Source: a virus
Virus record (IMG/VR): IMGVR_UViG_3300024181_000004
Span: 2,329-66,328 of that record
Reading direction: 5' to 3' (one strand)
DNA: 64,000 bases
The notes beneath the pieces are model-generated. The model saw only the letters and a program-made list of their open reading frames with translations. It did no database searches and had not been told where the DNA came from. The position numbers and the translations under genes were made by a program. Each line of letters starts with the position of its first letter. Positions within the stretch are counted from its first letter, which is position 1. Positions 17,629 to 27,205 of the stretch are shown piece by piece.

Positions 17629-18924
17629 CTACGCCGCCGCGGTCTCGAGCTCCGCGAGGGCGGGACCGAAGGAGGTCAGACCGACGCGGGTGATGCCGCG
17701 GATGATGAGCTGGACGTTCTTGAACGCGTCGCCGGCGACGTCGGAGGTGGCGATGGCGAGCTCGCGGCGGGTGCCGTAGATCGCCCACTTCTTGAAGTTG
17801 CCGTACGACACGGTGCGCTTCGACGCCTGGACGGACGTCGAGTACGCCGGCAACCGCTCGGTGAGGAAGTACGGCCGGCCCCAGATCGTGCCCGGCTGGT
17901 TGCCCGTCGGGTCGGTGATGAAGTGCGCCTTGACGTACTCGCCGGTCGAGCTCTTCGTCTTGCGGATGGCGTCGAAGAGAGTCGGCGACAGCAGGTAGGA
18001 GCAGCCGTCGCGCGCGCCGTCGGGGACGGCGGTCTGCAGATCGAGTAGGTCGTCGCCGGTGATGTCGGAGACGTGGGTCTGCCCGGCCGGGAGCACCTTC
18101 GCGACGACCGAGTCGGCGTAGAGCAGGCCGTCGAAGACGTCGGTGCCGCCGTGGGCGGCCGTCTTGCCGGCGATGCCGACGCGATCGATCTCGAGCGAGA
18201 TGCACTCGCGGATCAGATCAGCGATGAGCTGGCCGACGTCGGGGTTCGAGTCCTCGATGAGGGTGAGTGGAACGGGGATGAGCGCGGCGAGCAGCTTGGC
18301 CTCGATGGAGGTCTTGCTGAACGTCGGGAAGCTCTCGGTGATGGGCGAGTTCTCGTTCGGCCAGTAGGCCTGCATCTGCGAGAGGACCGCGCCGATGTTG
18401 ACCTTCTGCGCGCCCATCGGCCACGGCCGCGCGATCTGCGGATAGAGACCGGTGGTGGGGATGAGGCGCAGCACCTCGCTCGCGACTTCGGTCGGAACGA
18501 GGTAGCCGCCCTCGGAGTTCGTGCCGGTCGAGACCGCGCGGATCTTCTCGATGTCCTTGTCGCGGAGGGCCCGGACGAGCGTGATCAGCTTGTCGGCGCC
18601 GTCGCGCGAGACGCTCGGCTGGATGCTGCCGTCGAGGCCGCGATGGAAACCGAACTCGCGGTCGTACGTCATCTGGCGCTCGAACTTCTCGAAGCGCTTC
18701 ATCAGATCGGCCGCGGCTTCCTCGGCGCCGGTGCGGAGCTTGCGCTCCTCGGCGATCTCGGAACCGAGCTTGGCCTTGACGTCATCGACGGCGGTGTTGA
18801 TGAGGCCTGCGAGGAACGAGCGGCCCTCGGGCGAACCGAGCAACTCGGCGATGCGCTCCTTGGTCGTCAGCTCCTTGGCGACGCCCAGGACGACGTCGTC
18901 GAACTTCATTTCGGCTGCGGGCAT
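17629..18924 (-). CDS. HK97-fold major capsid protein with N-terminal delta domain (431 aa)
   Basis: EGGYLVPTEVASEV, ENSPITES.PTF..., IWGRPYFL, YGNFK motifs. Confidence 0.95.
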   Translation of the reverse strand: MPAAEMKFDDVVLGVAKELTTKERIAELLGSPEGRSFLAGLINTAVDDVKAKLGSEIAEERKLRTGAEEAAADLMKRFEKFERQMTYDREFGFHRGLDGSIQPSVSRDGADKLITLVRALRDKDIEKIRAVSTGTNSEGGYLVPTEVASEVLRLIPTTGLYPQIARPWPMGAQKVNIGAVLSQMQAYWPNENSPITESFPTFSKTSIEAKLLAALIPVPLTLIEDSNPDVGQLIADLIRECISLEIDRVGIAGKTAAHGGTDVFDGLLYADSVVAKVLPAGQTHVSDITGDDLLDLQTAVPDGARDGCSYLLSPTLFDAIRKTKSSTGEYVKAHFITDPTGNQPGTIWGRPYFLTERLPAYSTSVQASKRTVSYGNFKKWAIYGTRRELAIATSDVAGDAFKNVQLIIRGITRVGLTSFGPALAELETAAA

Positions 18925-19000
18925 GGCTTTCTCTCCAAAACAAAAGCGCCCACCTCGCGGCGGGTCGCTGGTACTGCGTGCTGCTGTGGTGGGGGGTGGT

Positions 19001-20638
19001 CTACGAGCGGGTCACGCGAAGAACGTCGCCGCCGTAGAGGTCCTGCTGGTCCTGCGGGGTGGACCGCCCTCCGGCGCCAGCGTCCGGAGCGTCCGATGCA
19101 GAGACGCGAATGAGTTGACCCGCACCCTCTTCTCTGCGGTCAGAGGGGGAGCCAGATTTCACGCGAATGAAGTGGCGGGCGGTATCGGACGTGCCGTCTT
19201 CCGCCGGCGTTGCGTCGCCGGTGTCGGCGATGCCGAGCATCACCGTGCAGGTGTCAAGCGCCTGCGTGAGCGACGTGTGGATGGCGCGGATGCGCGCCTG
19301 GTTCTTTGCCGAGAGCTCGGCGCCGATGCGTGTGGACTGCGCGATCGCGCGCTCGGTGAGCATCGTCTTGATCGCCTCGTCGGCCTCGACGTCGGCGATG
19401 AACTTCCGCACCTGGTCGGCCGCGACGGCTGCGGTGTCGGCCGGCTGATTGTCGGGATACCAGTAGTCCTGGTAGCGCAGTAGGCGATCGATGCCCCACA
19501 TGATGTCCATGACGCGGATCGAACACCAGTTCCGCAGCGCGTCGTGCTCGGCCGAGTCCCAGCCGGCGAGGGCGATGGTCAGCTCGGTGGAGAGCGCGTC
19601 GATTTCGGCAGCGATGGTCTGCTGCTCGGCCGTCGCTGCGTCGCCGGTGAGGACCTCGTCGCAGTTGCAGCAGTCGGGCATGGCGCCGCAGAGGTCGCAG
19701 TAGTCGACGCAATTCGGCGGGCAGCACGAGTCGATGGGGTAGCAGTAGCGCATCGCCTCGCGCGTGTTGGTGACGATCAGGCGGAGACGGGCGAGCGGCA
19801 TGCGTTCGCCAGCGGCAGCCACCGGCTGGACGCCGAACGCGGAACGCAGATCGGCGTAGATCTTCACCTTGTCGGACAGGATGAGTGGCTCACCGTTCCG
19901 ATGGGCCGCCAACGCTGCGAGCACGCGCTCGCGGATCTCCTGACCTTCATGCTGGGAGTATTCACCCTCGATGATGACCACCGGCGGCAGCGGGGTCGCG
20001 CCGTGCTCGATGACGATCGGCGAGATGCGGAAGCCGAGCATCTTGGCCATGCCGTCCGTGAAGGTGCCGGCTGAACGCGCACGCTCGATCGCCTTCGCGA
20101 TGGCGTTGCGATTCGACGGCACGTTGACGAAGCTGATCTCAGTCAACTCCTGATCCTCGTACTCGACGTTCTCGGAGAAGTACGTCGGCATCTCGGTGGC
20201 CTGGCGATCCCGCCACTTCTTCGGCAGGAAGGCGACGGAGGCGGCGAGCGGCCCGCCGAAGTCGCGAAACCACTCCCACAGGAACTGCGCGAGGTTGTCG
20301 CGCATGTTCTTCCACGGGCCGAGCGCGAAACGGATGTCGAACTCCCACGCTCCGCCGGTGGAACGGAGTGAGACCGTCTGGCCGAGCGCCGGGTACTCTT
20401 CCACGACACCGTGGGACCAAAGTGCCACGGGGTTACGAAGATAGGCGGCCGTTTGCCAGCCGCGCGGGTTGATGACCGAGCCGTGCCGGTCCTCGCTGCC
20501 GTCGGTGCCGATGATGGTCACGACGGGGTTGTCGTTGCTTGCGCCTTCGGCCGCGCGGATTTGCCCGAAGATGGGCATGATCCTCTCGGATCCGATCTCC
20601 ATCGTGCCGCGCTTGGGGTGCGGAAGGATCTCAGGCAT
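19001..20638 (-). CDS. HK97-type prohead maturation protease with long C-terminal extension (545 aa)
   Basis: DRHGSVI.P.G, PVALWSH, ELTEISFVNVPSN motifs. Confidence 0.9.
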   Translation of the reverse strand: MPEILPHPKRGTMEIGSERIMPIFGQIRAAEGASNDNPVVTIIGTDGSEDRHGSVINPRGWQTAAYLRNPVALWSHGVVEEYPALGQTVSLRSTGGAWEFDIRFALGPWKNMRDNLAQFLWEWFRDFGGPLAASVAFLPKKWRDRQATEMPTYFSENVEYEDQELTEISFVNVPSNRNAIAKAIERARSAGTFTDGMAKMLGFRISPIVIEHGATPLPPVVIIEGEYSQHEGQEIRERVLAALAAHRNGEPLILSDKVKIYADLRSAFGVQPVAAAGERMPLARLRLIVTNTREAMRYCYPIDSCCPPNCVDYCDLCGAMPDCCNCDEVLTGDAATAEQQTIAAEIDALSTELTIALAGWDSAEHDALRNWCSIRVMDIMWGIDRLLRYQDYWYPDNQPADTAAVAADQVRKFIADVEADEAIKTMLTERAIAQSTRIGAELSAKNQARIRAIHTSLTQALDTCTVMLGIADTGDATPAEDGTSDTARHFIRVKSGSPSDRREEGAGQLIRVSASDAPDAGAGGRSTPQDQQDLYGGDVLRVTRS

Positions 20639-20655
20639 GTGGGCTCTCCTGTAGA

Positions 20656-21024
20656 ATGCAGCCGATGAAACGAGCCGATTCGGACTTCAGGTATCTAGGC
20701 GACCCGGATTGCGATCTGGCCGCGTCTCTGCTCGCCGACGTTGACGTCGCGGACGTGATCTACGTCTCAGCGCGACCGGATTGGACATACGAGATCGACA
20801 ACGAAGGCGAACTCGTTCGCGATGGTGACGGCCTGCCGGTCATCCTCGGAGTGTCGGAGTCGATCCGGCTGACGTTTCAGTGCAGAATCGACGGTCGATT
20901 GGGAATGGTTGATGTTTCCGTTCCGCGCGCGTTGCTGAATGATGCGGACCGCATCCAAACCGCAGCGCTTCTAAAAGATCTGGCCGGGCGCGGCGTGCAA
21001 AACCTTCGACGTCACGCAGCCTGA
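20656..21024 (+). CDS. Hypothetical protein antisense to the late operon
   Basis: 122-aa acidic ORF filling the portal-protease gap; no long competing - strand ORF. Confidence 0.45.
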   Translation: MQPMKRADSDFRYLGDPDCDLAASLLADVDVADVIYVSARPDWTYEIDNEGELVRDGDGLPVILGVSESIRLTFQCRIDGRLGMVDVSVPRALLNDADRIQTAALLKDLAGRGVQNLRRHAA

Positions 21025-21045
21025 GTTGCTGATCTGCCGGAGTAG

Positions 21046-24000
21046 CTACGCCGCCAACAACTCCGCCACCTTTGCGAGCACACGCCCGCGCTGATCGTTG
21101 AAGTATTTCTGCAACGCGCCCTTGAACTGCTTCTCCGTCGAGCGCGAGGTGACGACGACTGACGCGCGCCAGTAGTTCGCGCGCTGCTTCTCGGTCGGTA
21201 GGATCGAGCTGCGGTTGCCGCCGACCTGCGCGGGCAGACTCACACAGCGGCATCCCATGACTTCCTTCTTCTCGCCTTGCGGGTCCTGCGGGTACCGGCA
21301 GCCGTTGGAGAACGCGTCGCCCAGCGTCACGATCTCCCCGTCGACGCCAGTGTTCGGCGCGTGCGACTCGCGGACGTTGTCGTCGCGGCTGGATAGCCAC
21401 TCGAGCCCGTCGACGCCCTCTTCCTGGAACTGGATAAACCGCCCGCCGTTGAGCGCGGTCCCGTTTTCCTGGCGCGCGATGAGTTTCGCCTGCGTGCCGC
21501 GCAGGTTGTACACGTCGCGGATGTCGTTGGCGATGATCTCGGGTGTCGTGCCGGCGTCGATGCCGGACTTGACCGCCTGGAGGATCTGCTCGGCCGTCGT
21601 CTTGTTGACGCTGGTGATCAGGTTTGCCCGGGTCTTGAGGAACTCCACTACGTACGGGTTGTCGATGGGCACGATGCTCGTGATCGCCGCCTTCGGCTTG
21701 ACCAACGCGAGCGCCTGCTTCGCGCCCTCCTTGAGCATTCGGATGTGGAAGCGCCGCACGAGGCCCTGCAACTCCTTGTCGTCGCCGCGGATGATCTGGA
21801 GAATCGCCTGCAGCGCTGCCTCGTCGGCCGCGCGCGTGGCGACGGCCGGCATCTCGCTCACGACGCGAATGCGCGAGATGCGCCGCGTCTTCACCGCGGC
21901 CGCGAGACTGATCGGCGTCAGGTTGCCGTCGGTGTCGCTGAACTGGATCTCGTCGAACTTCACCACCACGCCAGCCAGCCCGTCGTCGCCGGCGAACTCC
22001 GCCCCACGGCCGGCTTTCACGTAGGCCAGCGTTGCGTGCGGGACGTAGGCGGCGTCCGTGCTCTTGGCCCCGAGGTTGCCGTTGCCGATCACGCCGTTGA
22101 GCAGCACCAGATCCGGCGAGTCGATGTCGAGGACCACGACGTCGTAATCGACCGCCTTGCCGCGGAGCGCCTTCACGTCCTCGGCTGTGAACACGCTCGT
22201 CTTTCCGAGCGTCATCGAGGCGCCACCGCGGTCCACCATCTCGAGCACGGAGTCCGAATTCGCCAGCGCCTCGGCGACTTGCTCGGCCGTCACGCTCGGA
22301 TCGAGTCCGTAGAAGACCGTGACGTGCGGATCAGTCTCGCGCCCCTTCTCGGCGATTGCGTCGTCGGGAACCGCCGCGGCCATGGCCACGAGTTTCTTCG
22401 CCGCGTCGCCTTCGAGGTTGACCTGCGTCGAAGCGTAATCGAACGGCCCAGCCATCCGCACCGAGTCAGCGATCGCCGCGACAACGCGGATGTACCGCGG
22501 CTGCGGAGCGGGCGTCGTCGTCGACTGCGTCGGCTCCGGCGGTGCGGCGGCCGCTGGGTTCGGGTTCGGTGTCGTCGGGACATCTGACTTGCCGGCCGAG
22601 CCCATGATCTGTTCGGCCTGCGCGTCGCTGAGGTTGAAGAGCACCTTCAATTGACCGATGCCGGAATCGCGCGGGATCTCGCCGGCGGCGACGGCCACCA
22701 CAATGGCGGTAACCGCGGTGACCTGCGCGCCGTTGAGCAGCACGCCGGTTGCGGCATCGGCTGCGACTGGTGCCGCCTGGTCGGGCGACGGCGCGGCTGT
22801 CGGTGCTGCACCGAGAGCCGGAGCGACTTCCGACGGAGCGCTGATGATGTCCGTGACCGGCACATCCATTGCCGCCCCGAAGGCGACGTCTGATCCTTCG
22901 AACGACTCCATCTCCACGCCCGTGGTCCTCGCCGCCACATCCCACGGGACGCGCGCGGTGGCCATCTCTTTGGCCGAGGTGATGCGTGCGCGCTTCGCTT
23001 CCTGTAGCGCCTCGACATCGTCGGTGGCGAGATCGGTCCAGACGTCCGCCTCCGCGCCCAGGAGGTACGTGTCGAGCGTGGCGCAGAAGAACATGATGGC
23101 GGGGATCGCGATGATCTCCCACCACGCGAGGACCTGCGACTGCGCGTTCGCGTAGCTCGCGTCGTCCTTGCCCACAAAAAGCGGCGGCGTGCGGCCGGCG
23201 ATGATCTCGGCGCGCGCCATCTCGCGGCCCTGTGAGAACTCGGCGTCCTTCTGGTTGGCCTTGAGGTCCTGGATCGTCCAGTCGCCGCCTAGCACGAGAG
23301 GAGCACCGCTCTTGCCGACGAGTCGCGCGCGTAGCCGGTCTTCGAACTGGTCCTTTTCGGGCTCGTTGAGTTCGTCCTTCGTGACGAAGGCGATGTTCGG
23401 CGCGATCCCGCGGTTGAAGAACTCGAAGTTGTAGCGCGCGGCGGCGATGTCGGCCGAGATGGCCAGGCGCTTCGAGTCGAGCGACGAACGACCGCGCGCC
23501 GGCTCGAGCACGGTTCTTGTGAACGGGTTGAAGGGCGGTCGATTGCTCAGCGGGTCAAACTGCGGGAAGTGCACCACATCATCGCGGTCGGCGAAGTACG
23601 GCTTCCCGTCGATCGAGATCTCCCAACCGAGGAACTCCGCTGTCGCCTGCCGCATGACAGGCCGCACCTCGTTTTTGCGGAAGATCGTGATCGACTCGAT
23701 ATCTCCACGGTTCACCGCGCCCGGTTTCGGCTTGCCGTGGCGCAGCAGGTACCAGAACACCTCGCCGTCGAAGTCGTAGAGAGCGAAGGTCTCGTACTTC
23801 AGCCGGTACTCGCTGAGCTTCGCCGCCGGATTCGGCCGCGACATCAGATCGATGAGCCAGTGCTGCTGGACCCGCTCCTTTTCTTCGCCCGGCTGCCGAA
23901 ACATTCGGAACGGCCTGGCCGCCAGCGCCGCGGCGAAAGCGTGGATCGTCGGCTGAATCCACGGGCTCTCGCGATACGCGCGGGCATTCGAGATCAGGCC

Positions 24001-24150
24001 CGAATACTGCCCCGCCGAGCCGCTGAGGACCTCCTCGAGCTGCCCCCACGTTATCGGCGCCGGCGCCGAGCGAGCGAAGGACGGCATGTTCGGACGGCGC
24101 AACGCGCTGCGCTCGGCCGATGCGCGGCTCACGCCGCCGGGGAAGATCAT
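21046..24150 (-). CDS. Portal protein fused to a 2H phosphoesterase domain and a MuF (minor head morphogenesis) domain (1034 aa)
   Basis: HK97-type portal N-terminus (DVVHF, NFEFFNRGIAP, KDAEFSQGR); PHVTV and PHATL motifs; MuF motifs LIARQE, EWLSSRDDNVRESH, GCRC. Confidence 0.9.
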   Translation of the reverse strand: MIFPGGVSRASAERSALRRPNMPSFARSAPAPITWGQLEEVLSGSAGQYSGLISNARAYRESPWIQPTIHAFAAALAARPFRMFRQPGEEKERVQQHWLIDLMSRPNPAAKLSEYRLKYETFALYDFDGEVFWYLLRHGKPKPGAVNRGDIESITIFRKNEVRPVMRQATAEFLGWEISIDGKPYFADRDDVVHFPQFDPLSNRPPFNPFTRTVLEPARGRSSLDSKRLAISADIAAARYNFEFFNRGIAPNIAFVTKDELNEPEKDQFEDRLRARLVGKSGAPLVLGGDWTIQDLKANQKDAEFSQGREMARAEIIAGRTPPLFVGKDDASYANAQSQVLAWWEIIAIPAIMFFCATLDTYLLGAEADVWTDLATDDVEALQEAKRARITSAKEMATARVPWDVAARTTGVEMESFEGSDVAFGAAMDVPVTDIISAPSEVAPALGAAPTAAPSPDQAAPVAADAATGVLLNGAQVTAVTAIVVAVAAGEIPRDSGIGQLKVLFNLSDAQAEQIMGSAGKSDVPTTPNPNPAAAAPPEPTQSTTTPAPQPRYIRVVAAIADSVRMAGPFDYASTQVNLEGDAAKKLVAMAAAVPDDAIAEKGRETDPHVTVFYGLDPSVTAEQVAEALANSDSVLEMVDRGGASMTLGKTSVFTAEDVKALRGKAVDYDVVVLDIDSPDLVLLNGVIGNGNLGAKSTDAAYVPHATLAYVKAGRGAEFAGDDGLAGVVVKFDEIQFSDTDGNLTPISLAAAVKTRRISRIRVVSEMPAVATRAADEAALQAILQIIRGDDKELQGLVRRFHIRMLKEGAKQALALVKPKAAITSIVPIDNPYVVEFLKTRANLITSVNKTTAEQILQAVKSGIDAGTTPEIIANDIRDVYNLRGTQAKLIARQENGTALNGGRFIQFQEEGVDGLEWLSSRDDNVRESHAPNTGVDGEIVTLGDAFSNGCRYPQDPQGEKKEVMGCRCVSLPAQVGGNRSSILPTEKQRANYWRASVVVTSRSTEKQFKGALQKYFNDQRGRVLAKVAELLAA

Positions 24151-24320
24151 TGCGTGATGAACTCGATCTTCGCGCCGCGCGCGAGGAACGCGCCGATGTT
24201 CGACCAGACGGCCTGCGACTCACCGGCCCCGAAGATGCACGCCGCAAAGAGCAATGCATGCGCGGCGCCGATGCGCCAGCGCGGAACCGAGACGGTGACG
24301 TGCGCATTGCCCATCTTCAT
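24147..24320 (-). CDS. Small hypothetical protein (57 aa)
   Basis: Hand-translated; ATGA overlaps on both sides. Confidence 0.45.
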   Translation of the reverse strand: MKMGNAHVTVSVPRWRIGAAHALLFAACIFGAGESQAVWSNIGAFLARGAKIEFITQ

Positions 24321-24514
24321 CTCGTCTCCAGTCCTGCGTTGACGGCGGCACTTGCGTCGAGCTCGGCGTGCCAGAACTCACCGCAGCGCGCGCATGTGAT
24401 CTCGACGCCCGGAATGACGACCTTCCCGCTCGTGACGAGCGCAGGCCCGATCGTGCTGAGGGTTACGACGGCGTGGCTGCAGAAAAAGCGCCGGAGCGCC
24501 GCTGGAATCTTCAA
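24317..24514 (-). CDS. Small putative zinc-binding protein
   Basis: TTG start overlapping the terL stop; FCSH...CARCG. Confidence 0.45.
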   Translation of the reverse strand: MKIPAALRRFFCSHAVVTLSTIGPALVTSGKVVIPGVEITCARCGEFWHAELDASAAVNAGLETR

Positions 24515-26085
24515 TGCACCCAGGCCTTTCGCTTCTTGTGCATCAGGTGATGAATCCCTTGCGTTGCTGCCACGACATCGTCCCCGTGCGACCCAGCCGG
24601 GATTGATCCGTTCGGGAACTTCGCCGCGTTCTCGATGAAGCGCAGCACCCAACGCCTGTCCTCGCGCACCGCGCTGCCGGCCGGCACGCGACCGTCCTTG
24701 TCGGATCGGGCGTGCCATGGGTTCGGCAGCCAGACGTTGCCGGCTTCCACGTAGGGTGCTACCGAGTGCGCCACGGCTTCCGCGCCGCCGTCGGGGTTGA
24801 CGCCGATGATCCCCGGGATCTTGCCCTTGAGCGTGCTGATGACCGCCGGTCCGTTGGCCTTGTCCTCGACGAGCTTCGTCGCGTATGGGTGTCGGTCGGA
24901 GAAGGTGACGAAGGCTTCGCACGTTCCAGGGAAATCCAACTGCGCGTAGACCTCGTCGGGCTTCATGAAGCAATTGGCTTCCAACTTGCCCCATGCCTGG
25001 CCGGCAACGAAGTTCGATGTCTTCAGGCCCTTGAAGGCCATGTCCCACGACTGCAGCTCGAAGTCGAACTTCTCCGGCAGCCGCGGCTCGACGTCGTCGT
25101 TGTAGAAGCGCCAACTCGCGCGCTTGAGAATCCCGCCTTCTGCTGGCGCCGGCATCTGCTCGAGCTGCCCTGCTGCCGCATAGGAGCCGAGGTTCGCTTC
25201 CCACTCCGCCACGACCTCTTCGGTGAATCGCGCTGGGTGAAGCAGTTCGCCAGTCTCGGTCCGCGGATCGCTCCAGCCAACTACCGTGCGCTTCGACCGT
25301 TTTGGATCGAAGTGCATGGGCATCAGCAGGTGTTCGTACCCGCCCTGCGCAAGCACCTGGCCAGATAGGTCGTGCTCGTGAAGCCGCTGCATCACCACGA
25401 TGATCGCGGACTTCGCCGGATCGTTGAGCCGGGTGGTGATCGCCTCCTTGAACGTCGTGATCGACGACTCGCGTTCGGCGTCCGAGTGCGCGCTGTCGCG
25501 GTCATGCGGGTCATCGACGATGACGTCGTCACCGCCTTCACCCATCACTCCGCCTTCGAAGCCGAAGGCTATGCGGTAGCCGCTGCGGTCATTCTCGAAG
25601 CGGATCTTCTGGTTCTGATCCGACGTCATCTCGAAGCCGTCTGGATCGCCCCAGTCGCTACCATCGACGAGGTTGAACCCTCGGCCCCACCGCTCTCGGT
25701 ACCACGGCGACTGCACCAGCCGCCGCATCTTGAGGTTGTCGCGAATAGACAACTTCAACGCATACGAGCCGCAGAGGAACTTGTGCGCCGGCCGATGAAT
25801 CCACGTCCACGCGGGGTACATCACCGACACGGTCGTCGACTTCAGAAACCGCGGCGGGATGTTGATCAGGAGTCGCCGGATCTCACCGCGGTGCACCGCC
25901 TCGAGATGCTCGCAGATCGCGCCGATATGCCAGTTGTCGGCGAAGGGCGTCGCCGGCTCTACGACGTGCCAGGCCTGGGCTACGAATTCGTGAAGGCTAG
26001 TTGACGCTCGGCGCCGGAGTTTCTCGCGAAGCAGCAGCAACTTCCGCTCTTTGAGCGTCCGCGAGCTCTCGTTCGAGTTGTTCAT
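24511..26085 (-). CDS. terL: Terminase large subunit
   Basis: Walker A-like NIPPRFLKST, Walker B VIVDDPH, QRLHEHDL, nuclease SWDMAFK, VEDKANG, HGDDVVAATQ. Confidence 0.97.
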   Translation of the reverse strand: MNNSNESSRTLKERKLLLLREKLRRRASTSLHEFVAQAWHVVEPATPFADNWHIGAICEHLEAVHRGEIRRLLINIPPRFLKSTTVSVMYPAWTWIHRPAHKFLCGSYALKLSIRDNLKMRRLVQSPWYRERWGRGFNLVDGSDWGDPDGFEMTSDQNQKIRFENDRSGYRIAFGFEGGVMGEGGDDVIVDDPHDRDSAHSDAERESSITTFKEAITTRLNDPAKSAIIVVMQRLHEHDLSGQVLAQGGYEHLLMPMHFDPKRSKRTVVGWSDPRTETGELLHPARFTEEVVAEWEANLGSYAAAGQLEQMPAPAEGGILKRASWRFYNDDVEPRLPEKFDFELQSWDMAFKGLKTSNFVAGQAWGKLEANCFMKPDEVYAQLDFPGTCEAFVTFSDRHPYATKLVEDKANGPAVISTLKGKIPGIIGVNPDGGAEAVAHSVAPYVEAGNVWLPNPWHARSDKDGRVPAGSAVREDRRWVLRFIENAAKFPNGSIPAGSHGDDVVAATQGIHHLMHKKRKAWVH

Positions 26086-26611
26086 CGGTGAGCGAACGCG
26101 CGCGGTCCGCCGGCGTCGGCGTCGTGTCCTTGGTCTCGATCTTGTCCGGCACGCACCACGCCTTGCGCTCCATGGCCAGCACGTTGTTGCCGAGGATCAC
26201 AAGTTGTGCGATCTGCGCCCGCGTCGGCGGCTTGCCGGCCGTCTCGGCCGCCGAGAGCGTGCTTTCGAGGTCACGCTGGTAGGCGCTGCGCAGCATGCCG
26301 GCGATTCGCTGCTGGCTGCGCAGCATGCGCTCCATGCCCACCACGCGAGTCTCTGATTCGACAGGACTTTCGTCTGCGGTGGCAACGCCTGTTTGCACTG
26401 CCGTTGCCGCCGTTGCCACATTCGGCGACTCCGTTGCCAGTGTGCGCGCCTTGCGCTCCTCGATCCATCCGTCCTCTTTCGACCGGCGGGCGAGCGTTCT
26501 CAGTGAGATGCGCAGCGCCTTTGCGATGTGGCGCAGCGATTCGCCGGCGAGTGACCGCTCGTATGCCTTCTGAATCTTCGGGTCGTTGTAGGACTGCAGG
26601 TAGGGGAGCAT
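25997..26611 (-). CDS. terS: Terminase small subunit
   Basis: N-terminal HTH (SLRHIAKALRISLRTLARR), directly upstream of terL. Confidence 0.8.
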   Translation of the reverse strand: MLPYLQSYNDPKIQKAYERSLAGESLRHIAKALRISLRTLARRSKEDGWIEERKARTLATESPNVATAATAVQTGVATADESPVESETRVVGMERMLRSQQRIAGMLRSAYQRDLESTLSAAETAGKPPTRAQIAQLVILGNNVLAMERKAWCVPDKIETKDTTPTPADRARSLTDEQLERELADAQRAEVAAASRETPAPSVN

Positions 26612-26614
26612 GAT

Positions 26615-27190
26615 CTACGCGACCGCCTCTTCGTCCGTGGCCTCGCTCGAGAGCCGGTCGATGATTGCGCGGGCCATCGCGCGGAGGTCCTCGTTCCAGA
26701 GGCCCCGCCTTTCGACCACTCCCGTGAACTCCTCGACATCGTGGCCGAGGATCGCCCACACCGGTGAGCCGTCCTTGTGCATCTTCGGCGTCTCGCCGTC
26801 ATCCTCTCTCGCCACGGAGCAGTGCGAGATTTCGTGGTCGACGAGCGCCATCTTCTGCTCGAGGTCGAGCCCTGACCAGATGTTCCGGTCGATGAGGATG
26901 AGGAAGTCCGGCAACTCTTCGCCGAACTGCGGGAGCACGCGGAGGATGGCCCACTTCACGAACCGGCCCCATCGCTTGTCCGCCTGCAGGATGCGCTCGA
27001 CGAGGATGGCCTCGGCCCACGTCACCTTGCCGTGCCGCCGGATCTCGTCGTCGCGGAAGATGTAGCCGATCCGCGCGTCGCCTAGGTGAGCGTGCTCGCC
27101 GACCTGTTCGATGATCAGCGCGCCGAGGTCCCGGGCTTCTGCTGCTTCCGAGTACTCGTCGGCGTGGATCTCATTGAAGGCGAGCTTCAT
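26615..27190 (-). CDS. Putative phage metallopeptidase
   Basis: LVDHEISHC (HExxH) and GHDVEEF motifs. Confidence 0.8.
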   Translation of the reverse strand: MKLAFNEIHADEYSEAAEARDLGALIIEQVGEHAHLGDARIGYIFRDDEIRRHGKVTWAEAILVERILQADKRWGRFVKWAILRVLPQFGEELPDFLILIDRNIWSGLDLEQKMALVDHEISHCSVAREDDGETPKMHKDGSPVWAILGHDVEEFTGVVERRGLWNEDLRAMARAIIDRLSSEATDEEAVA

Positions 27191-27205
27191 CTTAGGCCCT
27201 CGCGA

